DNA of 64,000 nucleotides from Thermoleophilia bacterium UBA2241 (GTDB lineage Bacteria > Actinomycetota > Thermoleophilia > UBA2241): assembly GCA_002347645.1 (NCBI GenBank), contig DDYF01000039.1:68541-132540 (forward strand), given 5' to 3'. How positions within the stretch are numbered: the first letter of the stretch is position 1; the number at the start of each line of letters is the position of its first letter. This document shows positions 28,594 to 38,866 of this stretch, piece by piece. The notes below the pieces were generated by a model, which was given only the letters and a program-made list of their open reading frames with translations, made no database searches and had not been told where the DNA came from. Position numbers and translations under genes: made by a program.

Positions 28594-29840
28594 GCGTGCG
28601 GCGTGTGAGACGCGGGGAGGCGGCCGCAAGACCGGCCGCGCGCCGCGTCATCCCCGGCGCGACGTGCGCCGAACTCGCCGCGACCTACGACGCCGTCCTG
28701 ATCGGCGGCGGCCTGCAGGGCGTCGCGCTGGCCTACGAGCTCGCGAAGCGAGGGTATGGCCGCCTCGCCGTGCTCGACGCCGCCTATCCCGGGTCCGGCG
28801 CCAGCGGGCGCAACGGCGAGATGATCCGCTCGGCCTTCGCGAGCGAGGAGTGGATCGGCCTCTTCGACGACAGCCTGCGACGCTGGCAGATCCTCTCCGC
28901 CGAGCTCGACTTCAACGTCCTCTTCACCAGGGCCGGCTATCTGCTGCTCGCCTCGACGCCAGAGGCGTTGGCCGCCGCACAAGGGAACGTCGCCCTTCAA
29001 CGCCGACACAACTTGCACGTGGAACTGCTCGGGCACGACGACGTGCGCCGCCTCTGCCCCGAGATGGCCCCCGCGATGATCGCCGGCGCCGTCCTGCAGA
29101 CCGACGCCGGCTTCGCCCATCACGACGCCACGCTATGGGCGTACGCGCAGGCGGCGGCACGGCTCGGCGTCGAGATCCACCCGTACACGACGGTGACCGC
29201 GATCGGCGCCACGGGCGGCGCCGTGAGGTCGGTCACGACCGACCGCGGCAAGATCTCGACCTCCGTCGTCGTCGACGCCGCCGGCGGCCAGGCCCGCGCC
29301 GTCGCCGGGCTCGCCGGCGTCGACGTCCCCGTCGAGGTCTTCCGCCTCGAGGCCATGGTCACCGAGCCGCTCGCGCCCTTCCTGCGCCCCGCCGTGAGCT
29401 CGCCGGCGATCATGGGCTACTGTCACCAGACGACGCGCGGGGAGTTCGTCGGGGGCACGGAACCCGACGTGCCCGTGCCCTGCGAGAGCATCCGCTCGTC
29501 GCTGGACGGTGCTCGCGACATGGCCACCAAGTTCGTGCGCCTCTTCCCGCGGCTGGCCGGCGTACGCATGATGCGCCACTGGTCGGGGATCGTCACGCAG
29601 ACGGCGGACGTGGCGCCGATCCTCGGGCGAGCGCCGGGAATCGATGGCCTCTACCTCGACTGCGGCTGGGTCTACGGCTTCGTCGGCGCCCCCGCGGCGG
29701 CCGCGCTCATGGCCGAGCTCATCGCCACCGGCCGCACGCCGCCGGTGCTGGCACCCTTCGGCATCGAGCGCTTCGCGACCGGCGAGCTGATCCGCGAGAC
29801 GTCGCTCGTCGTCGCTGCCGCCGGGGAGAGCGTGGCGTGA
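28590..29840 (+). CDS. FAD-dependent oxidoreductase subunit (DAO family; HcnC / opine-oxidase-B / sarcosine-oxidase-beta-like)
   Basis: GTG at 28590 in frame with ORF 28347..29840. It has an N-terminal Rossmann dinucleotide-binding motif (DAVLIGGGLQGVALAYELAKRGYGRLAVLD). About 416 aa. Confidence 0.8.
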   Translation: MSVRRVRRGEAAARPAARRVIPGATCAELAATYDAVLIGGGLQGVALAYELAKRGYGRLAVLDAAYPGSGASGRNGEMIRSAFASEEWIGLFDDSLRRWQILSAELDFNVLFTRAGYLLLASTPEALAAAQGNVALQRRHNLHVELLGHDDVRRLCPEMAPAMIAGAVLQTDAGFAHHDATLWAYAQAAARLGVEIHPYTTVTAIGATGGAVRSVTTDRGKISTSVVVDAAGGQARAVAGLAGVDVPVEVFRLEAMVTEPLAPFLRPAVSSPAIMGYCHQTTRGEFVGGTEPDVPVPCESIRSSLDGARDMATKFVRLFPRLAGVRMMRHWSGIVTQTADVAPILGRAPGIDGLYLDCGWVYGFVGAPAAAALMAELIATGRTPPVLAPFGIERFATGELIRETSLVVAAAGESVA

Positions 29841-31354
29841 GCGGCAGCCGGATCGCGATGCACGACGCCGCCGCAGGTGGGCGCCACCGAAGAGCCACGC
29901 CGCGCGGCCCGATCCGCTTCCGCTTCGAGGGGCGCCCGCTCGCGGCGCGCGAGGGCTACACGGTCGCCGCCGCCCTGATCGCCAACGGGGTGCGCGTCTT
30001 CGGCCGGAGCTCGAAGTACCACCGGCCGCGTGGCTACCGCTGCGGGCAGGGCCACTGCTCGGCGTGCGCGATGCGGGTCGACGGCATGCCCGGCGTGCGC
30101 ACCTGCGTGACCAAGGTGCGCCCCGGAATGACGGTCGAACGTGAGCACGCCTTCCCGAACGCCGGCGTCGACGTGCTGCGCGCCGCAGAGATCTTCTCCC
30201 CGCTCATACCGCCCGGCTTCTACTATCGCTGGTTCCGGCACTCGCCGCGTCTCTGGGGAGCCCTCGAACGGGGCCTAGCGCACGTCGCCGGACAGGGCGG
30301 CCTGCCGAGCCGCGAGGCCGTCGCACGGCTCGGGGCGGCGCGCTGCGCGCGGCGTGCCGCCGACGTCCTCGTCGTCGGCGGCGGCGTGGCCGGCATGAGC
30401 GCCGCCCTCGCCGCCGCCGAGGCCGGAGCGTCGGTGCTGCTCGTCGAGCGAGACGACCGCCTCGGCGGCCGTCTCGATGACGTGCCGGAGGGGCTCGGGG
30501 GCACCGCGACCGGTCCGGCCCCCGGGGGCGGTGCCGCCAGCATCGCGCAGGAGACGGCGCTCCGCGCGAGCGTCGACGTGCTGCTGGAGGCCGAGGCGGT
30601 CGCCTGGTACGACGAGGGCATCGTTGCGATAGACCACCGCTCGGACCTCCTGCTCGTCCATCCCGCCGCGGTCGTGTTGGCGACCGGCGGCTACGACCGT
30701 GGCCTGCCGTTCCCCGGCTGGGACCTCCCCGGCGTGATGACTGCGACGGGCGCCCTGCGCCTGTGGGAACGGCACGGCGTCGCGCCCGGCGGGCGCGCCG
30801 TGGTCGTGACCACGGGGGATTTGGGCTATGACGCCGCGCGCCGCCTGGCCGCCGCCGGCGTCGAGATCGCCGCTGTGGCGGACTGCCGTCAGGCGCCGGC
30901 GATCCGAAAGGGACTGCGCGACGACGTCGTACGCATCGGCGCGACGCTCCTCACCCAGGCGACCGGGGCACGAGCTCACGGTTCACGCCGGATCCGCGCG
31001 CTGAGCCTCTCCCACGGTAGCCCTCCAGATTGCAGCCCTCACGCTCTGGGAGGCCAGTGCGGACGGTCAAGCCGGGTCGCGTGCGATCTCGTCGTCATCT
31101 CGGCCAGCGTGCGGCCGGCCGACGACCTCGCGTATCAGGCACGGGCGCGCGGCTCGCTGGTCCTCGCGATCGACGAAGGAGTGGTGCCGCGTGACGAGCC
31201 GGCCGCCGGCACGGCCGGCGCGGCGGCCGCGCCCGGCCTGTGGCTCGCCGGACTGGTCGCGGGCACGACGACCGCGGACGCCGCCCGGACGCACGGAACG
31301 GAGGCGGGGATGGCAGCCGCTCGACTCGCCCATGCGGTCCGCGGCCGCGCGTGA
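29837..31354 (+). CDS. Large subunit with an N-terminal SoxA-type [2Fe-2S] domain plus an FAD/NAD(P)-binding pyridine-nucleotide-disulfide oxidoreductase domain (HcnB/OoxA-like)
   Basis: GTG 29837 overlaps the previous stop (GTGA). FRFEGRPLAAREGYTVAAALIANGVRVFGRSSKYHRPRGYRCGQGHCSACAMRVDG is the 2Fe-2S domain. DVLVVGGGVAGMSAALAAAEAGASVLLVE is the FAD site. An alternative ATG lies at 29858. Confidence 0.75.
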   Translation: MSGSRIAMHDAAAGGRHRRATPRGPIRFRFEGRPLAAREGYTVAAALIANGVRVFGRSSKYHRPRGYRCGQGHCSACAMRVDGMPGVRTCVTKVRPGMTVEREHAFPNAGVDVLRAAEIFSPLIPPGFYYRWFRHSPRLWGALERGLAHVAGQGGLPSREAVARLGAARCARRAADVLVVGGGVAGMSAALAAAEAGASVLLVERDDRLGGRLDDVPEGLGGTATGPAPGGGAASIAQETALRASVDVLLEAEAVAWYDEGIVAIDHRSDLLLVHPAAVVLATGGYDRGLPFPGWDLPGVMTATGALRLWERHGVAPGGRAVVVTTGDLGYDAARRLAAAGVEIAAVADCRQAPAIRKGLRDDVVRIGATLLTQATGARAHGSRRIRALSLSHGSPPDCSPHALGGQCGRSSRVACDLVVISASVRPADDLAYQARARGSLVLAIDEGVVPRDEPAAGTAGAAAAPGLWLAGLVAGTTTADAARTHGTEAGMAAARLAHAVRGRA

Positions 31355-31495
31355 CGACCCCGCCCGCTCCCCCCGCGACCTCGACGTCCCGTTCGCCGCC
31401 GCTGTGACCTCGTCGCCGCCCCGGCCGGCGCCGGTCCTCCGTAGTTCCGCGTAGACTGGCATCGTCGCCCTGAAAGCCCGGAGGAGGTCAGGTCC

Positions 31496-32392
31496 TTGTC
31501 GCGGAAAGGCTGGGTTCTGTTCGTCGCCCTGTGCGTGATCTGGGGCGTCCCGTACCTGCTGATCCGCGTCGCGGTCGAGGAGCTCTCGTCTCCGGCGCTC
31601 GTCTTCTTTCGCACCGCGCCCGCCGCGCTGGTCATGGCGCCCTTCGCCTTTCGCCACGGCGCGCTCGCAGCGGTCCTCCCCCACTGGCGCTGGGTCCTGG
31701 GCTACACGTTCGTCGAGATCACGGTGCCGTGGGTGCTGCTTTTCCACGCCGAGGAGCGCATCTCCAGCTCCCTGGCGGGCCTGCTCGTCGCCGCCGTCCC
31801 GCTCATCGCCATCGTCGTGTACCGCTTCGTCGGTCACGACGACCGCATCGACGCCAGGCGGCGCGTCGGCCTCGTCGTCGGCTTCGTCGGTGTCGCCGCC
31901 CTCGTGGGCATCGACGTCGCAGGCAGCGACCCGCTGGCCATGGTCGAGATGCTCGCGGTGGCCGTCTGCTACGCGATAGGCCCGCTCATCGTGAGCCGGC
32001 ACCTCCACGGGCTGCCCAACCTCGCCGTCATCGCCGTGTCGCTCACGGTCACGGCGGCGATCTACGCAGTCCCCGCGCTGCTCGACCTCCCGACGACCGT
32101 GTCCGCGGACACGGTGGGTGCGGTGGCGACGCTGGCGCTCGCCTGCACGGTCCTGGCCTTCATCCTCTTCTTCTCGCTCATTCACGAAGTGGGGCCGGCA
32201 CGGACCACCGTCATCACGTACATCAACCCGCTCGTCGCCGTCCTGCTGGGCGTGGCGCTGCTCGACGAGCCCTTCACCGCCGGTATCGCCGTCGGCCTGC
32301 CGCTCATTTTGGCCGGCTCCGTGCTGGCGACGGCGGCGCAACGCGGGCCAGACGAGGCGGAGCCCGACGGCGCGCCGCCGGCGGCGCCCTGA
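31496..32392 (+). CDS. EamA/DMT-superfamily transporter
   Basis: 298 aa with ten helices. TTG start behind a GGAGGAGG Shine-Dalgarno. Confidence 0.7.
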   Translation: MSRKGWVLFVALCVIWGVPYLLIRVAVEELSSPALVFFRTAPAALVMAPFAFRHGALAAVLPHWRWVLGYTFVEITVPWVLLFHAEERISSSLAGLLVAAVPLIAIVVYRFVGHDDRIDARRRVGLVVGFVGVAALVGIDVAGSDPLAMVEMLAVAVCYAIGPLIVSRHLHGLPNLAVIAVSLTVTAAIYAVPALLDLPTTVSADTVGAVATLALACTVLAFILFFSLIHEVGPARTTVITYINPLVAVLLGVALLDEPFTAGIAVGLPLILAGSVLATAAQRGPDEAEPDGAPPAAP

Positions 32393-32473
32393 CGACGCGA
32401 CCAGGCCCCGGGGCGGAGCCGAGTCTCGGCGGCGGACAGACGCCGTCAAGCCGGGCTGGGCCGTCCGCGCCTC

Positions 32474-34525
32474 TCAGACCGCCGTCGCCTCCTTGAGGCA
32501 CCGGTCGAACCACTCGAGCACGATGTGGAAGCGTCGCACGCGGTGGACGGGGTTGCCGCCCCTCGTCAGTTCGTGCGACTCGGCGGGAAAGCGCACCATC
32601 TCGACGGGCCGCTTGAGCAGGCGCAGGGTGACGAACAGGTGCTCGCCCTGCTCGATCGGGCAGCGCAGGTCGTTCTCGGAGTGCAGGATCAGCAGCGGAG
32701 TGCGGATGTCGTTCGCGTAGGTCGCCGGCGACATCCGCATGTACGGCGCGACGTTCTCGTGCAGGAAGCAGCCGAGGTAGCCCTTGAAGTCCCAGCCGAA
32801 GTCGCTCGAGCCCCACTCCGAGACGAACTGATTGACCGAGCGCTCCGAGACCGCGGCCTTGAAGCGGTCCGTGTGGCCCACGATCCAGGAGGTCATGAAG
32901 CCGCCGTACGACCCGCCGATGACACCGAGCCGCTCGCCGTCGACGAAGTCGAACCGGCGAGCGGCCTCCTCGATCACCGCCATGCAGTCCTCGTAGTCGA
33001 CCGACCCCCAGCCGGGACCTTCCACGCCGGGGCACCTTCCTTCGGGGCCGTCCGCCGCGGTGTCCTGTCCGCATCCCGCCGACTCGCCGACGCCGCGGAT
33101 CGCCCGGCCCCACTTCTCGCTGTAGCCGGAGGAGCCGCGTGGGTTGCAGAACACCACCGCGTAGCCGCCGCCGGCGTACACCTGGAACTCGTCGAAGAAG
33201 CCGACGCCGTACTGGGTGAACGGGCCGCCGTGGATGTTGAGCAGCGTCGGGTACGCACGCCCGGGCTCGCATCCGGCCGGCCGCATGACCCAGGCCTCGA
33301 CCTCGGTGCCGTCGGCGGAGATCGCCGTGAAGCGCTCGACAGGCGAGAGCTCACGGTCTGCGAGGAACGCCTCGCCGACGCTGGTGAGGCGTAGCTCGCC
33401 GGTGCCCGCCCCGTCACCGCCCGCCCCGTCGCCGCCCGTCGTGAAGAGCTCCTCCAGCGTCGTCGCCTCGCTCGCCGTGAAGACCAGGCTTCCGCCGGCG
33501 AGGTCGAACCCGCCGACGATCCGCTCGCCGCCCACGACCAACGTCGGCGCCGAGGAGCCGTCCGTCGCGACGCGGTACACATGTGTTCTGCCCTGGTCTT
33601 CGACGGAGAAGAGCACGTCGTCCCCGTCCCAGACCGGCTCGCGTGACGGCGGGTAAGGTTCGCAGTTACGGTCGAGCGCCTCGGTCAACAGCCGGACGTC
33701 CCCGGTCGCCGCGTCGACCACGGCGATCTGCACGTGCTTCGGATCGTCGAACACTCCCGGGTAGCGCGTCGCCGCCAGGCGCGCCCCGTCCGGCGCCCAC
33801 GCGACGCGGGCGAACGTCCCGCCGCCGCGCGTCAGCCGTCGCGGCGCGCCGCCGCCCGCGTCGACGAGGTAGATGTCGCTGACGGGCTCGGTGTCCCAGT
33901 CGGGGTGACGAGCCGAGACGAACGCCAGCGTCGCGCCGTCGGGCGACCACGCCGGCGCGACGTCCTCGAAGTCGCCTTCGGTGAGCTGGACCGCCTCGGC
34001 GGAGCCGTCCGCCCGCGCCGTGAAGAGATGCTGCGGACGGTCGGCAGTCCAGCCGACGTCGTCGAGCTTGTACTGGAGCCGGGTGAATCGGCGTGGCTCC
34101 CGGCGCTTGTCGTCCTTCTCCTCGTAGGCCTTGTCGGGCACACGCGCGACGAACGCGATCGTGGCGCCGTCGGGCGACCAGGCGAGCTGCGTCACGTCCT
34201 CCTTGAGGCTCGTGAGCCGGCGCGCCTCCCCGCCGGCAAGCGGCATGACGTAGAGCTGTGCCGCGTCGCCGTCGCGATTGGACGTGAACGCGAGGGTGCC
34301 ACCGTCCGGCGACCAGCGGGGCGAGGCATCGCGTTTCGGTCCGAAGGTGAACCGCCGCGGCGCCGAGCTCCCGTCGACCGCCCTGAGCCAGATCGCGCTG
34401 CGGTATGTGTTCGCCTCTTCGTCGACACCCCACACGACGTAGGCCACAGTCCTGCCGTCTGGCGAGACGCGCGGGTCTGCGACTCCCGTCAGCCCGTACA
34501 CGTCCTCGGGGGTCATGCCCGGCAT
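32474..34525 (-). CDS. S9 family serine peptidase (acylaminoacyl-peptidase / prolyl-oligopeptidase-like) with an N-terminal beta-propeller
   Basis: About 683 aa from the internal ATG (MPGMTPEDVYG), behind a GGGAGGA Shine-Dalgarno. It has repeated SPDG propeller blades and a C-terminal alpha/beta hydrolase with catalytic GGSYGG. Confidence 0.85.
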   Translation of the reverse strand: MPGMTPEDVYGLTGVADPRVSPDGRTVAYVVWGVDEEANTYRSAIWLRAVDGSSAPRRFTFGPKRDASPRWSPDGGTLAFTSNRDGDAAQLYVMPLAGGEARRLTSLKEDVTQLAWSPDGATIAFVARVPDKAYEEKDDKRREPRRFTRLQYKLDDVGWTADRPQHLFTARADGSAEAVQLTEGDFEDVAPAWSPDGATLAFVSARHPDWDTEPVSDIYLVDAGGGAPRRLTRGGGTFARVAWAPDGARLAATRYPGVFDDPKHVQIAVVDAATGDVRLLTEALDRNCEPYPPSREPVWDGDDVLFSVEDQGRTHVYRVATDGSSAPTLVVGGERIVGGFDLAGGSLVFTASEATTLEELFTTGGDGAGGDGAGTGELRLTSVGEAFLADRELSPVERFTAISADGTEVEAWVMRPAGCEPGRAYPTLLNIHGGPFTQYGVGFFDEFQVYAGGGYAVVFCNPRGSSGYSEKWGRAIRGVGESAGCGQDTAADGPEGRCPGVEGPGWGSVDYEDCMAVIEEAARRFDFVDGERLGVIGGSYGGFMTSWIVGHTDRFKAAVSERSVNQFVSEWGSSDFGWDFKGYLGCFLHENVAPYMRMSPATYANDIRTPLLILHSENDLRCPIEQGEHLFVTLRLLKRPVEMVRFPAESHELTRGGNPVHRVRRFHIVLEWFDRCLKEATAV

Positions 34526-34845
34526 GCCGGTCCTCCCTCTTCGTCTGAGACCGCGCCCTGCCGGGCACGGCACCCCATCGCCGGCGCGCCGGTTGAGGCG
34601 CTCCGATCGGCGCGATTCTACAGCCGGGGGCGCCGGATCAGCGTCCCTCCGCCCCAGCACACCGAGAGGCAGACGATGGGGGAACGTCCGGGGATCGGTC
34701 ACACCATCGCCCTTCCCCGCCGCCTCCGCGCGTACCCGCCGGCCCTGGCCGTCGTGTACGCTGGCGCATCGAGCCGGTCTGCCGGCGACTCGTTGCGCAG
34801 CCTCGAGGGATGATGCGCACGTGATCCTGGACTGGAAGGACGTCG

Positions 34846-36066
34846 TTGACGACAGAGCGCACAGACCAAGCAGCGCGGCGCCGCGCGCGCACCCTACGGT
34901 GGGCCGTGCTCGGCGTCGTGCTCGTCGCCATGACCATCCTGGCGTACCTCCACCAGCACGGGACCGGCTGGCGCCCCGCGGGGGTCGATGCGCTCTGTCC
35001 GTTCGGCGGCGTGGAGTCGTTGTTCTCGCTGCTCGCCGGCGAGGGCTACCTCAGAAGGGTCGCGGCCGGGTCACTCATCCTCCTCGTCGGGACGCTCGTC
35101 GTGACCCTCATCTACCGGCGCTCCTTCTGCGGCCAGATCTGCCCGCTGGGCGCGCTGCAGGGCCTGACCGGCGCCCTCGGCCGCCGCCTCTTCGGACGGC
35201 GGCGGCCGCAGGCGCCCGCAGGGCTCGACCGCGTCGCCCGCCTGCTCAAGTACGTCGTGCTCGCGGTCTTCGCTCTGTGGACCTGGAGGGCGGCCGAGCT
35301 CGTGATGCGCCCCTACGACCCGTGGGCGGCCTGGGCACATGTCACTTCGGACCGCCTGCTCGCCGAATTCGGCGTCGGCCTCGCCGTCCTCGTGCTCTCG
35401 CTCGCCGGGTCCCTCGTCTTCGGGCGCTTCTTCTGCAAGTACCTCTGCCCCATGGGGGCCTTCCTGGCGCTGTTCGCGAAGGTCAGCCTGCTCAGGGTGC
35501 GGCGCGACGCCACGACCTGCACGCGCTGCGGCGCCTGCGACCGGGCCTGCTTCATGAACATCGCCGTCTCGCGGGCCGACACGGTGACCTCGAGTGAGTG
35601 TGTCGGGTGCAACGAGTGCGTCAACGCCTGCCCGGTCAAGGGCGCCCTCACCGTGCAGACGCCGCGCGGGCGGACGATCGGCGCGGCGCTCGTGACCGGC
35701 CTGGTCGTCCTCGCCATGGCGTTGCTCATCGGGGTGACGACGGCGACCGGCACCTTCGCCTGGGAGAAGGAGCCCGGCGGGCAGGGACGCGGGCAGGGGC
35801 TGGGCGAGGGCCAGGGTGGCGGTCAGGGCGTCGGCGAGCAAGGCGATGGGGCAGGCCAAGGCCTCGGCGACAACGCGCTGGGCATCCGCGGCTCCACCAC
35901 GATGCTCGAGATCTCGGCGGCGACGGGCATTCCCGCCGACGCGTTCACCGAGCGCTGGGGTGTGCCCGCCGATGAGCTGGGTCTGCCGCTGCGCGACCTC
36001 AAGGACCGTTACGGCTTCCGGCCTCCCGACGTCGCGCTCTGGGTGGAGGAGCGGCTGGCGGACTAA
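34846..36066 (+). CDS. NapH/MauN-type integral-membrane polyferredoxin (4Fe-4S) with a C-terminal Gly/Gln repeat region
   Basis: Two CxxxCP motifs (CGQICPLG, CKYLCPMG) and two ferredoxin CxxCxxCxxxC motifs (CTRCGACDRAC, CVGCNECVNACP). It also has a GQGRGQGLGEGQGGGQGVGEQGDGAGQGLG low-complexity tract. TTG start at 34846 behind a GGAAGGA Shine-Dalgarno. Confidence 0.7.
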   Translation: MTTERTDQAARRRARTLRWAVLGVVLVAMTILAYLHQHGTGWRPAGVDALCPFGGVESLFSLLAGEGYLRRVAAGSLILLVGTLVVTLIYRRSFCGQICPLGALQGLTGALGRRLFGRRRPQAPAGLDRVARLLKYVVLAVFALWTWRAAELVMRPYDPWAAWAHVTSDRLLAEFGVGLAVLVLSLAGSLVFGRFFCKYLCPMGAFLALFAKVSLLRVRRDATTCTRCGACDRACFMNIAVSRADTVTSSECVGCNECVNACPVKGALTVQTPRGRTIGAALVTGLVVLAMALLIGVTTATGTFAWEKEPGGQGRGQGLGEGQGGGQGVGEQGDGAGQGLGDNALGIRGSTTMLEISAATGIPADAFTERWGVPADELGLPLRDLKDRYGFRPPDVALWVEERLAD

Positions 36067-37685
36067 CCGACGTCGCGGTGGCGGAAGGCGACCAGGCCCG
36101 CGCCGACGAGCGCCGCGGCGATCGCCGTGAGCCAGAGCAGGGGCGCCACCTCCACCTCGGCCGCCGGCACGCGCGGGGTGTGCGCGAATGGCGAGAGGTC
36201 GAGCAGCCGCTGGTCGAGCTCGAGCAGCGGGCCGAGCTCGCCGAGCAGGAAGAACGCCACGAGGAAGGCCCAACCGGCCGCACCGAACCGCGGGACAAGC
36301 CCGAAGGCCAGCACGACGATGCCGACGAGGACCCACGCCGCGGGCAGGTGGGCCAGGGCGGCGCCGAAGACGCGGCCCACCTGGGCGGCGTCGCCGACCT
36401 GGGCCGCGTGGGCGGCGCCGCTGCCGAGGCCGGCCACGGCCATCACGACCGTCGTCCCAGCCACCGCGACCACGACGTGGCCGACGGCCCAGCGGACGCG
36501 GGTCACGGCGGTCGCCAAGAGGGGCTCGGCACGAAGCGCAGCTTCCTCCGCGCGCAGACGCATCGCCGCCTGGACACCGTAGGCGGACGCGACGACCCCC
36601 ATGACGCCGAGTTCGACGGTCAGGAAGGCGTCGGTCAGCGTCCGCTCGCCGCCGAGCCGCACGATGACCTCTCTGAAGTCGGGATCGTCGACGAACCCCT
36701 CGACGTTGGAGGCGACGCTCCCGAAGACCGCGCCCAGCACGAGGAGTCCCAGCGACCAGCCGAGGAGGGCGCCGCGCTGCAGCCGCCAGGCGAGCGCCAG
36801 CGGGCTCCGGAGACTGCGCGCGGCCACGGCGGGTCCCGCGCGGTCGGGGACGAGGCCGGAGCCCAAGTCGCGGCGAGCGACGAGCAGGTAGGCGACGCCG
36901 GTCAACGCGCCGGTCAAGCCGAGAAGCAGGAGCAGGACCCACCACCGTTCGCCGGCGAACGCCTGCACGCGCTGGCCCCAGCCGATCGGCGACAGCCAGC
37001 TCAGCGCGGCGAGCCCACTGCCGCCCTGCACATCTCCGACGGCGCGCAGGAGGTAGAAGGCGCCCAGCACGGCGGCGCCGATACCGGTCGCGAGGCGCGC
37101 GCTGCGCGTGAGCTGGGCGGCGACCAGGCCGACGCCGGCGAAGACGACGCCCACGCCCGCCCAGGACAGACCGAAGGCGAGCGACCCGGCTGCCGGCAGG
37201 CCTGCGGCCACCAGCCCCGCGGCGGTGAGCAGGCCGAGAGCGCCATTCATGAGGACGGCGACGAGGAGGGCGGCGGTGAGGGCCGCGAAGCGGCCGACCG
37301 CCGCCGCCCCGATCAGTTCCAGACGGCCGTTCTCCTCCTCCGCACGGGTGTGTCGCACGGCGACGATGAGACCGAGGAGCGCGACCATCAGCGCGCCGGT
37401 GCCGGCCATCTTCCACATGGCCACGGCGCCCAGCGACTCAGGAGCGTAGATCTTCCCGTACAGCGCGACGAGGGAGGGCGACCGATTCGCGGTCTCCGCG
37501 ACCTGCACGCGCGACTCCAGCGACGGGTACATGCCGGCGGTCGCCGCTGCCGAGACCGTCGCCATGAACGCGAAGACGGCGACCCACATGGGCATCAGGA
37601 GCCGGTCGCGGCGTAGTGCGAGGCGGACCAGCTGGCCCGCGCCGGCGAAGTCGCTCACCGCCGGCTCCCACCCTCGTCGCTGCAC
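36063..37685 (-). CDS. ABC-2-type exporter permease, about 12 transmembrane helices
   Basis: 540 aa, highly hydrophobic. It overlaps the upstream ATPase gene by about 30 nt, so the true start may be an internal codon. Confidence 0.65.
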   Translation of the reverse strand: MQRRGWEPAVSDFAGAGQLVRLALRRDRLLMPMWVAVFAFMATVSAAATAGMYPSLESRVQVAETANRSPSLVALYGKIYAPESLGAVAMWKMAGTGALMVALLGLIVAVRHTRAEEENGRLELIGAAAVGRFAALTAALLVAVLMNGALGLLTAAGLVAAGLPAAGSLAFGLSWAGVGVVFAGVGLVAAQLTRSARLATGIGAAVLGAFYLLRAVGDVQGGSGLAALSWLSPIGWGQRVQAFAGERWWVLLLLLGLTGALTGVAYLLVARRDLGSGLVPDRAGPAVAARSLRSPLALAWRLQRGALLGWSLGLLVLGAVFGSVASNVEGFVDDPDFREVIVRLGGERTLTDAFLTVELGVMGVVASAYGVQAAMRLRAEEAALRAEPLLATAVTRVRWAVGHVVVAVAGTTVVMAVAGLGSGAAHAAQVGDAAQVGRVFGAALAHLPAAWVLVGIVVLAFGLVPRFGAAGWAFLVAFFLLGELGPLLELDQRLLDLSPFAHTPRVPAAEVEVAPLLWLTAIAAALVGAGLVAFRHRDVG

Positions 37686-38605
37686 ACCGTCTGCGAGTCA
37701 GGAGCCTCGCGCGCAGCGGGACCGCCGTCCTGGTAGTGCCGCAGGAACAGCTCCTCCAGGGTCGGCGGCTGGACTGAAAGGCCGCGCACTCCGCGATCGG
37801 CCAACGCGCGCAACGTCCCGTCGAGCGCCTCGCTGTCGACCTCGAAGGCGACGCGCTCACCGTCGGCGCGCACGTCGTGAACGCCCGCCAGGGCGCACAG
37901 GCCGCGCGCGTCGCCGTTCAGCTCGGCGGCGATCGTCGTGCGCATCAGGTGCCTCAGGTCCGCCAGTGACCCGGTCTCGACCGCCTTCCCGTTGCGGATG
38001 ATCGTGACGCGGTCGCACACCGCCTCGACCTCGGCCAGGATGTGACTCGAGAGCAGGACCGTGCGCCCCTCGGCGCGCATCTCCTGCACGCAGGCGCGGA
38101 ACTCGGCTTCCATGACGGGGTCCAGCCCGGACGTGGGCTCGTCGAGCAGATACAGCTCGACGTCCGCTGCCAGGGCGGCGATGAGCGCGACCTTCTGGCG
38201 GTTGCCCTTGGAGTAGGCGCGGCCCTTCTTCGTCGGGTCCAGCTCGAAGCGCTCGAGGAGCTCGTCGCGTCGCGTCCGGTCCAGCCCGCCGCGCAGGCGT
38301 CCCAGCAGGTCGATGACCTCGCCTCCCGAGAGCGCCGGCCACAGGTTCACGTCGCCGGGGACGTAGGCGAGGCGGCGATGGAGGGCGACGACGTCGTCCC
38401 ATGGGTCGCCACCAAGGAGGCGGACCACCCCGGCGTCGGTACGCAGGAGACCGAGCAGCACGCGGAGGGCGGTGGTCTTTCCCGCGCCGTTCGGACCGAG
38501 GAAGCCGTGGACCTCACCCACCTGCACGGACAGGTCGAGTCTGTCGAGCGCGCGCGTGGTCCCGAACGTCTTGACGAGCCTCTCGAGCGCCAGCGCTTCG
38601 GCCAT
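37655..38605 (-). CDS. ABC transporter ATP-binding protein
   Basis: Walker [10 protein letters not shown], signature YSKGNRQKV (LSGGQ-like) and Walker [13 protein letters not shown]. Confidence 0.85.
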   Translation of the reverse strand: MAEALALERLVKTFGTTRALDRLDLSVQVGEVHGFLGPNGAGKTTALRVLLGLLRTDAGVVRLLGGDPWDDVVALHRRLAYVPGDVNLWPALSGGEVIDLLGRLRGGLDRTRRDELLERFELDPTKKGRAYSKGNRQKVALIAALAADVELYLLDEPTSGLDPVMEAEFRACVQEMRAEGRTVLLSSHILAEVEAVCDRVTIIRNGKAVETGSLADLRHLMRTTIAAELNGDARGLCALAGVHDVRADGERVAFEVDSEALDGTLRALADRGVRGLSVQPPTLEELFLRHYQDGGPAAREAPDSQTVCSDEGGSRR

Positions 38606-38866
38606 GGACCTCCCCCGGCGTCGCCGGCATGATCGCGCGACCAGAGCCCGGCAGTGTCGTGCCGCGAGCCTCCCGTGACCGGCGGCGGGCCGGTCCGACC
38701 CAGGCCGCGTGCAACTCGCCCCGGTCGCCGCGCACCATGCTACATGCCGGAGGTCGCGGCGGCGAGGAGACGAAGGCCGCGGGGGCGGGCCCGCAAGCGA
38801 GCCCGCCCCCGCGGCCCAGGGCCGTCGAAGTCGCGCGCCCGGCTCGTCACGCCCGGGTCGCGAAGC

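Noticed and set aside
28664-31354. An 896-aa ORF spanning the FAD-oxidoreductase region
   Set aside because: Only the last 505 aa (from GTG 29837) show real domains (SoxA-type 2Fe-2S plus FAD/NAD-binding). The upstream 390 aa are an out-of-frame reading of the neighbouring gene.
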